Of a stretch of DNA of 64,000 bases, positions 39,727-52,365 are shown piece after piece; the first letter of the stretch is position 1, and every line of letters starts with the position of its first letter. The DNA lies in NCBI RefSeq assembly GCF_006345805.1, contig NW_021836312.1:3207-67206 (forward strand). The letters run 5' to 3'. This stretch comes from Octopus sinensis. Its lineage: Eukaryota. A program made the translations under genes and the position numbers. The notes under the pieces were generated by a model that made no database searches, had not been told where the DNA came from, and was given only the letters and a program-made list of their open reading frames with translations.

Positions 39727-40657
39727 GGACTTCTTGCCGCCTCTCCTATAACCAGCGAGGCGGTTACAATAGAATGTATTAACATTAGCGAAAAAGATGT
39801 CCTACTAGCCATAGATGAAGTCGACACAAACTCAGCTGCTGAATATTAAACTTACAGGATACACCGGTCCACAGGGAATTTCAATCCCAGAGCCTAAAAT
39901 CTGTGAGGGACCTGGGTATCGATATGAGTGATGATACCTCTTTCTAAGTGCACATTACCAGGGTGGCGACAAAGTGCAGACGACTGGCTGGCTGGATCCT
40001 AAGAACATTCAGAACTAGAGATAAGGAAACCATGATGGTCCTCTGGTGGACATTCGTTCTCAGCCGCCTGGATTACTGATCACAGCTATGGTCACCCACC
40101 AGTGTAAAATTAACAGCGGACCTTGAAGCAATCCAGAGAAGATTCACAAAGAAATCGTCTCTTTGCAACAGCTCAGCTACTGGGAAAGGTTGAAACAGCT
40201 AAGACTTTACTCCCTGGAGAGAAGACGGGAGAGGTATGCAGTAATATATGTCTGGAAGATCCTGGAAGAAATTGTGCCAAATTTTGGCATTGTAAGCTAC
40301 ACCAATGCTAGAACGGGACAACACTGCATAGTGTCAAAGATCCCAACAATGCCATCGCGCTTTAGGACCAGCTTCTGCAACAGCCTGGGTTTCAAGGGCC
40401 CACAGCTTTTTAATATTATCCCAAAGAGTATGAGAAACTTGCACAAAGTAGATGTAGAGGTTTTTAAATCAAAGCTGGGCATCTTCCTGTCGAGAGTCCC
40501 AGATGAACGTACCTCACGGCAAGAGGTGCGAATGAGAGTAGCTATATCAAACTCCATTCTTCACCAAGTGCCACATATTAGACGAGGTTCTTCGCAATAA
40601 CAGTGTAGCACAAAACGGCGGTGCATCAGCATGGCTGCAGCTCTGAGCTGAAACTAG
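39727..40657 (+). mobile_element. CR1/L2-group LINE 3' fragment with internal deletion of the RT core
   Basis: [19 protein letters not shown] joined at about 39840 directly to post-RT sequence; SYWERLKQLRLYSLERRRERYAVIYVWKILE; tail GGCGGTGCATCAGCATGGCTGCAGCTCTGAGCTGAAACTAG. Confidence 0.9.
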
Positions 40658-40973
40658 AGAAAAAAAAATATATATATACGTGTATGTTTATATATATATA
40701 TATATACATACATATTTGTTTGTCTTTTTAGTTTAGTTGTTTTTGTTTTTGCATTTATTTGTTTATTGTCTTTTTTTTGTCATTGCTGCCGTACACATTT
40801 GGTAGCTTTCATACAAAGGAGTCGAATGCTTAAGTGTAACTACCCGAAATGGCCGTGACTTCTGGGACTTGACTGATGAAGAAAGCCAAGAATGAACCGT
40901 CTTTTTTGCCTATCATTGTAATTGTTATTTCTCTTGTATCATCTATCTGTCCGAACGTTTTAATGCTCTCTAT

Positions 40974-41036
<63 letters not shown>

Positions 41037-41043
41037 TAATCTA

Positions 41044-41245
41044 CATATTAGGGAATGAATCCAAAATTACAGGAAAAAATCAGATTTAGGGTAAATCCAA
41101 TTTTATAGTATATTATAAAATATATTCGAGACAAAACCACTATTTTAAAACCAAACAAGGAAAGACTAATCAATACATAAAATTTTAATATAAAAAATAA
41201 AAAATAATTGTTTGGTTTTAAAATAGTGGTTTTGTCTCGAATTAT
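41044..41245. repeat. AT-rich dispersed repeat ending in a perfect 35-bp inverted repeat
   Basis: 41124-41158 is the reverse complement of 41208-41242; homologous to 20985-21135. Confidence 0.85.
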
Positions 41246-41260
41246 ATTATATAATAAATA

Positions 41261-41334
<74 letters not shown>

Positions 41335-41348
41335 TATACATATATACC

Positions 41349-41583
41349 ACGGGCTTCTTTCAGTTTCCGTCTAGCAAATCCACTCAAAATGCTTTAGATG
41401 GCTTGAGGCTGTAGTTGAAGATATTTGCCCAAGTTGCCACGCAGTGGGGCTGAACCCAGAAACTTGTGGTTGGTAAACAAGCTACCTACCACGCAGCAAT
41501 TACTATACATAAATATATGTATACATATTCTTCTACTTGCTTCAGTCGTCATTTCACTGCGGCCATGCTAGAGCACCGCCTTA
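41349..41583 (-). mobile_element. SINE family A fragments (5' part 41349-41498; tail 41530-41583)
   Basis: Reverse-complement head and body plus a separate reverse-complement tail. Confidence 0.8.
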
Positions 41584-42154
41584 AACATGCGTTCCCATGC
41601 TGGGAATCGAGCCTGAGCTGCCTGGATGAAAGTTAGGAATCCTAAACACCATATCTGTATATTGTGTGTGTGTGTGTGTGTTTGTGTGTGTGCGTGTGTG
41701 TGTGTGTGGTGCTTGTGTGTGTGCGTGAGTTTGTGTGTGTGTGTGTGTTTGTGTCCTTGTTATTTATTATTTTCATATTACAATGTAGTTGAATCAGTCA
41801 TAGAATCATATAGCAAATATAAACTCATATAGTCTGGATTTAACCAAACCGTACAGCGTGAAGAAGTCACAATGGATGAGTTTGTGATTTTCAAGCGAAA
41901 ATAGACTTGTATAATGATCTCGCTCAATGTGGTGTGATTATCTCCAATCTCATTATATGAGAATAATATTTCTAGCAATATAGATGATATTCGGCACCTC
42001 GGTCACTGTTAGTAACGATTGAATTTTACTCTTTTGGTCTTATATAGCATAGAGATGCGTTTATTATTTCATATATATATATATATGTATATATATAATA
42101 TATATATATATAATATATATTTATATAATATATAATATATATATATATATATAT

Positions 42155-42188
<34 letters not shown>

Positions 42189-42424
42189 TATATAATATAT
42201 ATGGTGTGGGTGTGTATTCGGTGTAAGTCATGATTGATATATAAAATTTATTGAGGCTTTCGCTAAATAACTGAATCAAATTATTCTTCATATATATGTC
42301 ATCCTAATATTTCTATGTGTATTATATACATTATATATACAAACACACATATGTATATATCTATCTTGTATACATAACATATTCATATACGTGTATATGC
42401 GCCCATATATATATATATCCCATA

Positions 42425-42467
<43 letters not shown>

Positions 42468-42469
42468 CA

Positions 42470-42505
<36 letters not shown>

Positions 42506-42785
42506 TATATGTATATGTATGTATGTTTACATGTATTTATACATAGATACGTGTATATGCGTCCATATATACATTCATATATAAGTATATAGTTATTTAT
42601 CTATGTATCTACACACACACACATATATATTAACCAGCTAAATATGTAATGGCAGTTATTTCGAAGCTATTTTTTATTTAGCTGATTTATTTATATATAG
42701 CTGATTTATATCTATACATGAGGCGTGATTGAGAGAGGCCGATATATATACAGAGGGAGAAAATAGATAGACAAGAGAGAGAGAA

Positions 42786-42816
<31 letters not shown>

Positions 42817-43065
42817 ATAGTGGCGATGAGTGGAAGATGTACAACGTGTATCTCGGGTGGATATTAACAACATATCATCGACAAACATATATGTATACAC
42901 ATATATAAACAAGAACACGTACACGCACAAATACATAAATAAGAAAATATATGTATCTAGATCTCTGCTATCTATCTAAATACCTAATCTAATTATATAT
43001 TACTATATTTATATATAATATTATATATATTATATTATATTATATGTAAATTCTATCATATATAT

Positions 43066-43116
<51 letters not shown>

Positions 43117-43241
43117 TATATATATATAATATATATAATATAGATATATATATGTATATATATATATATACACATATATATACATATACATATATCCATA
43201 TACATATATGCACATATGTATATATATATATAATATATATA

Positions 43242-43272
<31 letters not shown>

Positions 43273-43336
43273 AAGTATGCATATATATATAACTATATAT
43301 ATGTATGTAATATTTATATAAATGTATACATTTTTG

Positions 43337-44543
43337 TAGTTTCAGCTCAGCACTGTCGCTAGGCTGGAGCACCGCTCTGTTGCTACACTGATATTCCCGA
43401 GAACCTCCTCTAATATGTGGCAAATGGTGAAGAATGACGTTTGATGTGGCTAACCTTATTTGCATCTCTTGCTGTGAGGTACGTTTGTCTGGGACTCTTG
43501 AGAGGAAGAGGTCCAGCCATAATCTAAAGAAACGCCTACATCTACTTATCTACTTTGTGCAGGTTCCGGAATCTTTCAGATGTATATTACTGCCTACATA
43601 TCCCGCATTCGCTCCAGGGGGTAGAGTCTTAGCTATTTCAGCCTTTCGCAATAGGTGAACTGTTCCGAAGATATGATCTTCCTTGTGAAGCTTCGCTGGA
43701 TTGATTCATGGTCCGCTGTTAATTTTGCACAGTTGGGTGACCATAACAGGGAGCACTACTCCAGACGGCTTAGGACGAATGTCCGTTAGAGGACCATCAC
43801 GGTTTCCTTATCTCTGTTTCTGAATGTTGTCAGGATCCATCCAGCCAGTCGTCTGCACTTTGTGGACATCCTGGTAATGTGCACTTAGAAAGAGTTATCA
43901 TCGCTCATGTCGATACCCAAGTCCCTCACTAATTTAGGCTCTGGGATTGTAATTTCCTGCGGACCAGTGTAACCTGCAAGTTTCATATTCAATTTAGCAC
44001 GCTGGTAGCGCAGGTCTTGGAATTTTTCAGTATCGAACTGCATATTATTATCCTGAGCCCATCTGTAAATTGAGTCCATCTCCTGCTGCTGATGTGCAAA
44101 ATCACTGGGGTTATGTATTTTCTGCGAGCCTTTCGTATCGTTTTGTAGCCAGCAAGTGTGGTTATCCGGGCATTTGAGGGCATATCTGAGAGGGCTACTA
44201 TGAAAAGCAGTGGTCCCAATACAGTGCACTGTGGAACACTGCTCAATATTTGTGTTTTCAGTTTTCATTGAGGTTGCTCCATTGGCCACTACTGCCTGTC
44301 TTCTATCTTTCAGAGAGTCATGTAACCACTGTCCAAGTTTCCCAGCTAATAATGGCAAATCATACCATGACTTTGCTGATGTGTGAATTAAAAGAGATAG
44401 GCCTATAGTATTTGACATCTGCTCTGTTTCCCTCTTTATGTATTGGGCATATTATTTCCTCCATCAGCTTGCTTGGGAGTCTGCCTTTTTCAAGAAAGCT
44501 GTTGAAGAGAATCTGGAGGGCTTTTGCCAGGGCATGCTTACCC
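43337..44543 (-). mobile_element. CR1/L2-group LINE fragment (RT remnant with internal deletion) to 3' tail
   Basis: Minus peptides CPIHKEGNRADVKYYRPISF, GKLGQWLHD..VVANG, SSVPQCTVLGPLLFIVALSDMP; tail at 43337-43385. Confidence 0.9.
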
Positions 44544-44548
44544 GATTT

Positions 44549-44712
44549 GCGTCCTAGACGAACCTACCTCACGGGTAGAGGCGCAAATGAGGGTAGCTAC
44601 ATCAAATTCCATTCAACACCAAGTGGCAGATATTAAAGGAGGATCTCCGTAATAACAGTGTAGCAAAACGGTTGCGCTCCAGCATAGCCAAGCTCTGAGA
44701 TGAAACTGCAAC
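44549..44712 (+). mobile_element. CR1/L2-group LINE, short 3' end
   Basis: GTCCTAGACGAACCTACCTCACGG...CGGTTGCGCTCCAGCATAGCCAAGCTCTGAGATGAAACT. Confidence 0.85.
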
Positions 44713-44730
44713 AAAATATATATAAATATT

Positions 44731-44784
<54 letters not shown>

Positions 44785-45000
44785 CATATCATTATTTCTA
44801 ATTCTCTCTAAAGGAGACAGCGATATAAATACATATATATATATAATATATATGTATGAATATATATATATATATAATATATATATATACATATATATTT
44901 ATATATATATATATATGAATACATATATGTAATTACTCTCTCTCACATACACACACACACACACATCTATATATTATATATATACATATATATATAACAA

Positions 45001-45086
<86 letters not shown>

Positions 45087-45096
45087 AATATATATT

Positions 45097-46296
45097 GGCA
45101 TAGTTGGAAAACTAGGAGAATGGCTTCACGACTTTCTGAAGAATAGAAGTCATGTGGTAGTAGCCAATGGGGCCACTTCCATTAGCACGCAAATAGTGAG
45201 CGGTGTTCCACAGGGCACTGTTTTGGGACCACTACTGTTCATAATGGCCCTCTCAGACATGCCCTCAGCCACGCAGAGATCCACGATTACAAGTTATGCA
45301 GATGATACAAAAGTTTCACAGGCAATACAGAACCCTGAGGACACTAAACACCTGCAATGTGAGCTGGACGAAATATACAAGTGGGCTGAAAAAAATAGCA
45401 TGCAGTTCAATGCTGGAAAGTTTCAAGCTTTATACTATCAGCATGCAAAACTGAATGCAATACCAATGAATACACTGGACCCGGAGGGATTGCAATCCCA
45501 GAGGCACAATCAGTGCGTGACCTGGGTATTCACATGAGTGATGACGCGACCTTTCATGTACATGTTGCTAAACTGACAATGAAATGTAGACGGCTGGCTG
45601 GATGGATTCTTAGAACCTTTAGAACAAGAGAACAAGAAACCATGATGGTCCTCTGGAAGACACTTGTCCTAAGCCACTTTGACTATTGCTCTCAGCTATG
45701 GTCACCATCCAGTGTCAAGTTGATCACAGAACTTGAGGCGATCCAACGAAGCTACACAAAGAAGATAGCCTCTATGCAGAATGTAAGCTACTGGGAAAGA
45801 CTCAAGAGATTAAAATAATATTCCCTGGAGCGTAGGCGGGAAAGATATGCCATAATATACATCTGGAAGATCCTGGAGGGAAGTGTCCTGAACTTTGGCA
45901 TCGAGAGTTACGCAAATGCCAGAACTGGGCGCCACTGCGTGGTGCCTAGGAATCCAAACCTGCCATCAAGATGTAGGACAAGATTCTGTGATAGCCTGGG
46001 CTTCCGAGGCCCACAGCTCTTCAATATCCTCCCGAAGAACCTGAGAGACCTGCATGGGGTGGATACAGATGTCTTTAAAATGAAGCTGGATCTCTTCCTG
46101 TCAGGTGTCCCAGATGAACCAACTTCACGGCAGGAGGGGCAGATGAGGGCAGCTGCATCGAACTCTCTCATGCACCAAATAGCAGTTGCTAGAAAGCCTC
46201 CATGAAGTGAAACCAAGTAGCAACACCAAATGGCGGTGCCCCAGCATGGCCACAGCTCATAAGCTGAAACTAGAATCAATCAATCAATCAATCAAT
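45097..46296 (+). mobile_element. CR1/L2-group LINE 3' fragment (RT domains 4-7 to tail), best preserved copy
   Basis: SGVPQGTVLGPLLF, YADDTK, HFDYCSQLWSPS, LEAIQRSYTKKI, SYWERLKRLK; one frameshift and one stop; tail then (AATC)n. Confidence 0.95.
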
Positions 46297-46371
46297 ATAT
46301 ATAAAACTATATACATATATAAATATATGTATATATAAATACAAATATATAAATATACTTTTACTCGTGTA

Positions 46372-46585
46372 CTCTTTACTTGAGTCAGTCATATGACTGC
46401 AGCCATGCTGGAGCACCACCAAAATCGTGCGAATCGACCCCAGAGTTTATTCTTTGTAAGCCTGGTAGTTATAGTATCGGTCACTTTTGTCGAAAACCTA
46501 AGTTACTGGGACGTAAACACACCAACATCGGTTGGCATGAGATGTTGGGTGGACAGTCACAGACACTCAAATATATATACACATA

Positions 46586-46653
<68 letters not shown>

Positions 46654-46762
46654 CGACGGGCTTCTTCCATTCCTCTACCAAAACCCATCACAAGGCTTTG
46701 GTCGCTCCGGGGCTAAGTAAAGGTCTGACCCGGCACCATGTACTGGTAGCAAGCTATTTTCC
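46372..46762 (-). mobile_element. SINE family A, diverged
   Basis: Reverse-complement tail CAGTCATATGACTGCAGCCATGCTGGAGCACC, internal (TA)n and head remnant. Confidence 0.8.
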
Positions 46763-46828
46763 ACAATCCGCTCAAGTAGTACATACATATATATATATAT
46801 ATACAATATATATATATATACTATATAA

Positions 46829-46907
<79 letters not shown>

Positions 46908-46971
46908 AAAAATATATCTTATAGAAATATATATGCATATATAAATACATGTATAATATACATATATGTGT

Positions 46972-47004
<33 letters not shown>

Positions 47005-47143
47005 GTATATATATATAAATACATATATGTGTATAGATATATCTATATATATATATGTGTCTATATAATATGTATATCCATATGTATTAATATATTATAT
47101 TATATATATCTTTATACATATATATAAGTATGTATATACATAC

Positions 47144-47195
<52 letters not shown>

Positions 47196-47551
47196 ATATA
47201 TACATACACATATATGATTTTAGCTTTACAAATATATATATACGTATAGGGATGGAATGAACAGAACTAGAAAGAAAGTACGAAACATTATCTCATCATT
47301 AATCAAAAGAGCGATAAATGCGAGATTATTTTTCCCAATAAAAACAAATCTAGCGGATAAATTTCAATTAAATTTACAATATCGTATTTTTGTTACCGAT
47401 AAGCACAATTTAGAAAATGTTATGAAACAGGCATGAATTATTATCCTTTCTAATTATTAGCCGAATATGTTTTGGTGGTCAATTCATCATAAAGCACTGT
47501 AGGTACAAAGATGAAAATATTAGTTTCATTTTATTACCCTCTCTTTCTCTC

Positions 47552-47583
<32 letters not shown>

Positions 47584-47954
47584 TGTATGTATGTATGTAT
47601 GTATGTATGTATGTATGTATGTATTTATGTATGTATTTATGCATGTATGTACGTAGGTATGTATGTATGTGTGTACGTATGTATGTATCTATGTCTGTAT
47701 ATACATATATACATATAGTGTGCGTGTGTGTATATGTATATATATATATATGTGTGTGTGTGTATATATATATATATATTGCGACTACATTCCAATGTAA
47801 CACACACACATATAAATATATGGGTTTATATGTTTGTATAAAAGTAGCTATGTCTTTATATCCATATGTATATGTATGTAAATATAGTCATATATATATA
47901 TGTATATGTGTGTGTGTATGTATGTATTATATATATATATATATATATATATTA

Positions 47955-47987
<33 letters not shown>

Positions 47988-48318
47988 AACTCACACACAC
48001 CTTACTATAACACTATAAAGTTTCACACACTCATGCACATGCTCATACCCACGCACTCACGTACGCTTACACATACATAGATATAAATGAAGAGGGTAAA
48101 TGAATGTAGCGAACTTGCAGAACCGTAAGTCATTTGGATAGGATATCCCACAGCATTTATTTCGAATCTGTGTTGCGAATTCTCATATCTCTGAACTCAA
48201 CTTTGCCTTGCTTTCATTCGGGTTTGATTAAAAGAAATACTTATCCGCGAAGGTGAATTGACGGGCATGTTAGAAGGATAATCGAGCAAGTTTTTGCACT
48301 TTCTCTCGTCCCACTTAG

Positions 48319-48419
48319 CATCTGACAGAAACACTTGTGACGATATTGGTACCAGGTTTCATCAGTTCAAATGGGGGCCTTCGTCTAGGATAAATACTGG
48401 CATAGTAGGGAGCGGACAG
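48319..48419 (+). CDS. Candidate internal coding exon of an unidentified host gene
   Basis: Acceptor TTTTTGCACTTTCTCTCGTCCCACTTAG|, donor CAG|GTGAGT, a single open frame SDRNTCDDIGTRFHQFKWGPSSRINTGIVGSGQ; no homology recognised. Confidence 0.42.
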
Positions 48420-48996
48420 GTGAGTGCGACTACCTGTTTTCTGTTTGATATGTGTCTCCGACCAGTACATGATTGAACAACATAGACGAACAAGCCTAAA
48501 AATATGGATATAGTCAGCTGTTGCTCTATGAATATAATGGTTTCTGATTTTAGACATTACAACGGCAATTTTAAGAAAGATGAATTACTTAATCCGATTG
48601 TACTTCATTCATATTTTATTGAGCCTAATGAGGACGGATGGCAAAGTCTTCCTCCGCAGCATTCGAACTCAGAACATGAAGAGCCGAAACAAATATTGCG
48701 AATCACTTAAATTTGACGCTCTGGTGCATCTACAGGTCACCGCCTTATGTGCTACTTTGATAAGTTTTGTTAACGTAGGAAAAATTATGTAAATTAGGAA
48801 GAAAATTAGTTGCATAAAATTACCTCGAGGTGCTTTGCAGTCAATTGATTTCGAGTACTGTCCCAGTGAATGGCACCTTGAGAAATTATCCTCTACTATA
48901 GCCCTGGGGCGACTGATGCAGTGTAAGTGAATTTGTTGACGGAAACTGTGTAGAAGCCCTTTGCATTTATCTTATGTGTACATATATTTATATATA

Positions 48997-49448
<452 letters not shown>

Positions 49449-50686
49449 CATGCATGCGTGTGTTTGTTCCATCAGCACCTGACAACCGGTGTCAGTTTGT
49501 TTACGTCCCCGTAACTTAAGCAACTGGGTATAAGAGACTGAAAGATTGAGAACCAGACTTAATAAAATAAGTATTGCTACCTATTTCCTCGACTAAACAT
49601 TGTAAGACAATGCTCCTGTTTGACTGTAGACCATGAGTGAAGCAAGTAAAAGATAACGAAGATAGTATTTGAATGTTTATGTAGTCAACAGAGGAACAAA
49701 AACAGGTGAAAATTACCTCAGTGTGTTTTGACCCCAGAACGTATAGTGCCGTCAATGAACACTGTGATGCTAGCACTCCATCATAATAAAGTGCTTCCAA
49801 AACAACGAAACATACTTAATAATGAGTGCAATAGAGAAAAATAGCGACAGTATTTAGCAACCCTTATGGAACATGAATGTTTTACATCTGAAGAGAATAT
49901 TTACAAAATTAGAGCATATTTTTTTAAAACTTGGCCAACGTGGTGTGCAACGTAGTGTGTGATACAGTTTCCACTTAATTGACCGCGGAAACGTTTCAGC
50001 GTTAGAATTTGCTAATTCTGTCGTTTTTAAATATAGAACTGTTGTTGTTCTTCAGTGAAAAAAAAATCAATTTTTATAGGACTAAATTATATATGAAACA
50101 CCAAATTTCCTTCTTGCCGGTGTGTTATGCTCAACAAATTTTAAGTACAGTCGATCTAGAGAACTTGTTAGGTGATTCAGCACTGCCTATACACGCATCC
50201 GGTTTTGAATTGTCATTGTAGATATAAGCAGACTTCAAAAGTCTTCTAAACGTATTCACATAATGCATGCAGAATTGTATTTTAGGAGAGGCCATTTGGA
50301 TAAATAATTAAATTATAGGGAATAATATTATGAAAATAGAAATATTTCTAATATCAGCTATAAATCATTTGGTTTGATGATAATATCAACTGTTTATAGG
50401 AAGTATCGATAGAGATAACTTGAGATATATAAATCTCAAAAAAGAACGAAATATACTCATTGATTTCGAAAGATGATATTTAATATTTTACTTACAAACG
50501 CGTAATTATACTGTTGATAGGAATTTCTACACAGAAAATGGTAATTGAAGAAAGCTATTTGACTTTATAATGCGAGGAGAGAAGTCAGTTCATGATAGTC
50601 AAATGCATTGAATTAGGATCGTCACTCTTTCTTTCAAGCCGTCAGAATTCTTCCAAATTTCTCTACAGTAATGACACAACCATATA

Positions 50687-51274
50687 TATTTCTTTACTGT
50701 CCACAAGGGGCTAAACATAGAGGGGACGAACAAGGACTGACAAAGGGATTAAGTCGATTACATAGACCCCAGTGCGAAACTGGTACTTTATTTATCGACC
50801 CCGAAAGGATGAAAGGCAAAGTCGACCTCAGCGGAATTTGAACTTAGAACATAACGGCAGACAAAATACCTATTTCTTTATTACTCACAAGGGGTTAAAC
50901 ATAGAAGGGACAAACAAGGACAGACAAAGGGATTAAGTCGATTACATCGACCTCAGTGCGTAGCTGGTACTTAATTTATCGACCCCGAAAGGATGAAAGG
51001 CAAGTCGACCTCGGCGGAATTTGAACTTAGAACGTAACGACAGACGAAATACCTATTTCTTTATTACCCACAAGGGGCTAAACATAGAAGGGACAAACAA
51101 GGACATACATATGTATTAAGTCGATTACATCGACCCCAGTGCGTAGCTGGTACTTAATTTATCGACCCCGAAAGGATGAAAGGCAAAGTCGACCTCGGCA
51201 GAATTTTAACTCACAACGTAACGACAAACGAAATACGGCTACGCATTTCGCCCAGCATGCTAACGTTTCTGCCA
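50687..51274 (-). mobile_element. SINE family B tandem trimer (period 183-184 bp)
   Basis: Junction AAATAC|CTATTTCTTT at about 50869 and 51052; tRNA 5' head present only once (51236-51274). Confidence 0.92.
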
Positions 51275-52179
51275 TATAATTATGAAAAAGTTAGAAACCT
51301 TTATACGTTTGATATTTTAACCAACGAGAAGCAATCTTCAGGTGTTGCCAATATGAAAATATTAACTTACCGAAACCTTGAAAGATTTCTCTTTTCTTTC
51401 TTTTCTCCTCTTCTTTTTTTTTCGGGGGGGGGGGAATAAAAGCAAATTTATAGCAATGAAATTTAAAAAAACAACAATGCAAGGAAAAAGTTGTCCACCA
51501 TTCAAATATCGAAAGGAAAAAGAAAATATAACATTTTCCAAAACGAAAATAGATAGAAAAGACAATAATTTCAAAAGTGTGATATGCGCTCAGTGTTTCA
51601 AAGCGGTAGCACATTTCATTTCTTAGGCGCGACATGAGTTCAGAGAAATGCATAGTCGATGGTGGATCAATGAGTCTTACAGTGACATATATATATCTTC
51701 GTTTGAGTCTAGCCCATGTGTTTTCCTCTTGCTGTGCGTGAATCACCTTGATAAACTCAACGTGCTTCACAGTTCTATGCAAACATTTGTAGCCCGATAT
51801 CTCTTATGTGTACTAGTATGCTCACCACAAGTAACTTAATATGGTTGTCTCCGATAGAATAAACAGCTGAATACACTCTATGTCGTGGCTGTAATCAATA
51901 GCTGCGCTATTGTACATTCTAAACGTCTACACAAAGAAACGAACAGTCAACCAAGAATAAACAGAGCCAGTATTCTGAGAAGTCGATTTCCATTTTCCAG
52001 GCATATATCTTTCCAATCAGTCAGATATTCGCAACAGTCACGATTGCTGCAACGTCAATAAACTTTGTCGTGAACTATTTTAATATTCATGGCATGTTAC
52101 TTGTAACGCTTATTCTACCGCACCACTCCTTTGCCTTGAAAAAAAAATGTTCCATCATACTGCATCTCCAAATCTTCCA

Positions 52180-52365
52180 GCAAATTTCCGGAATTTTTTC
52201 TCAAAGCGCTCATTTTGGAAAATAGAAAACATTTTCAAAATAGACAACATGGCTACCTGCATTGGGCCAAACATCTGATAAAGCAAAAAAAATTAAAATG
52301 ACGTTTACAGCCTGATGAATAATGACTTCGGGTAATTGGACAATGGAGGCTTCCTATTGGTTGAA
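52180..52365. promoter_or_regulatory. Possible promoter-like motif cluster
   Basis: ATTGG (CCAAT box) at 52261, 52335 and 52356; TTCCGGAA at 52186; CAACATGGC at 52245. Motif presence only. Confidence 0.25.

Noticed and set aside
50687-51274. Regularly spaced repeats superficially like a CRISPR array
   Set aside because: Units are contiguous SINE bodies with no unique spacers; eukaryotic context, no cas genes
51291-51782. 163-aa minus-strand ORF
   Set aside because: No recognisable domain; the C-terminal half is low-complexity T-rich sequence; no splice support
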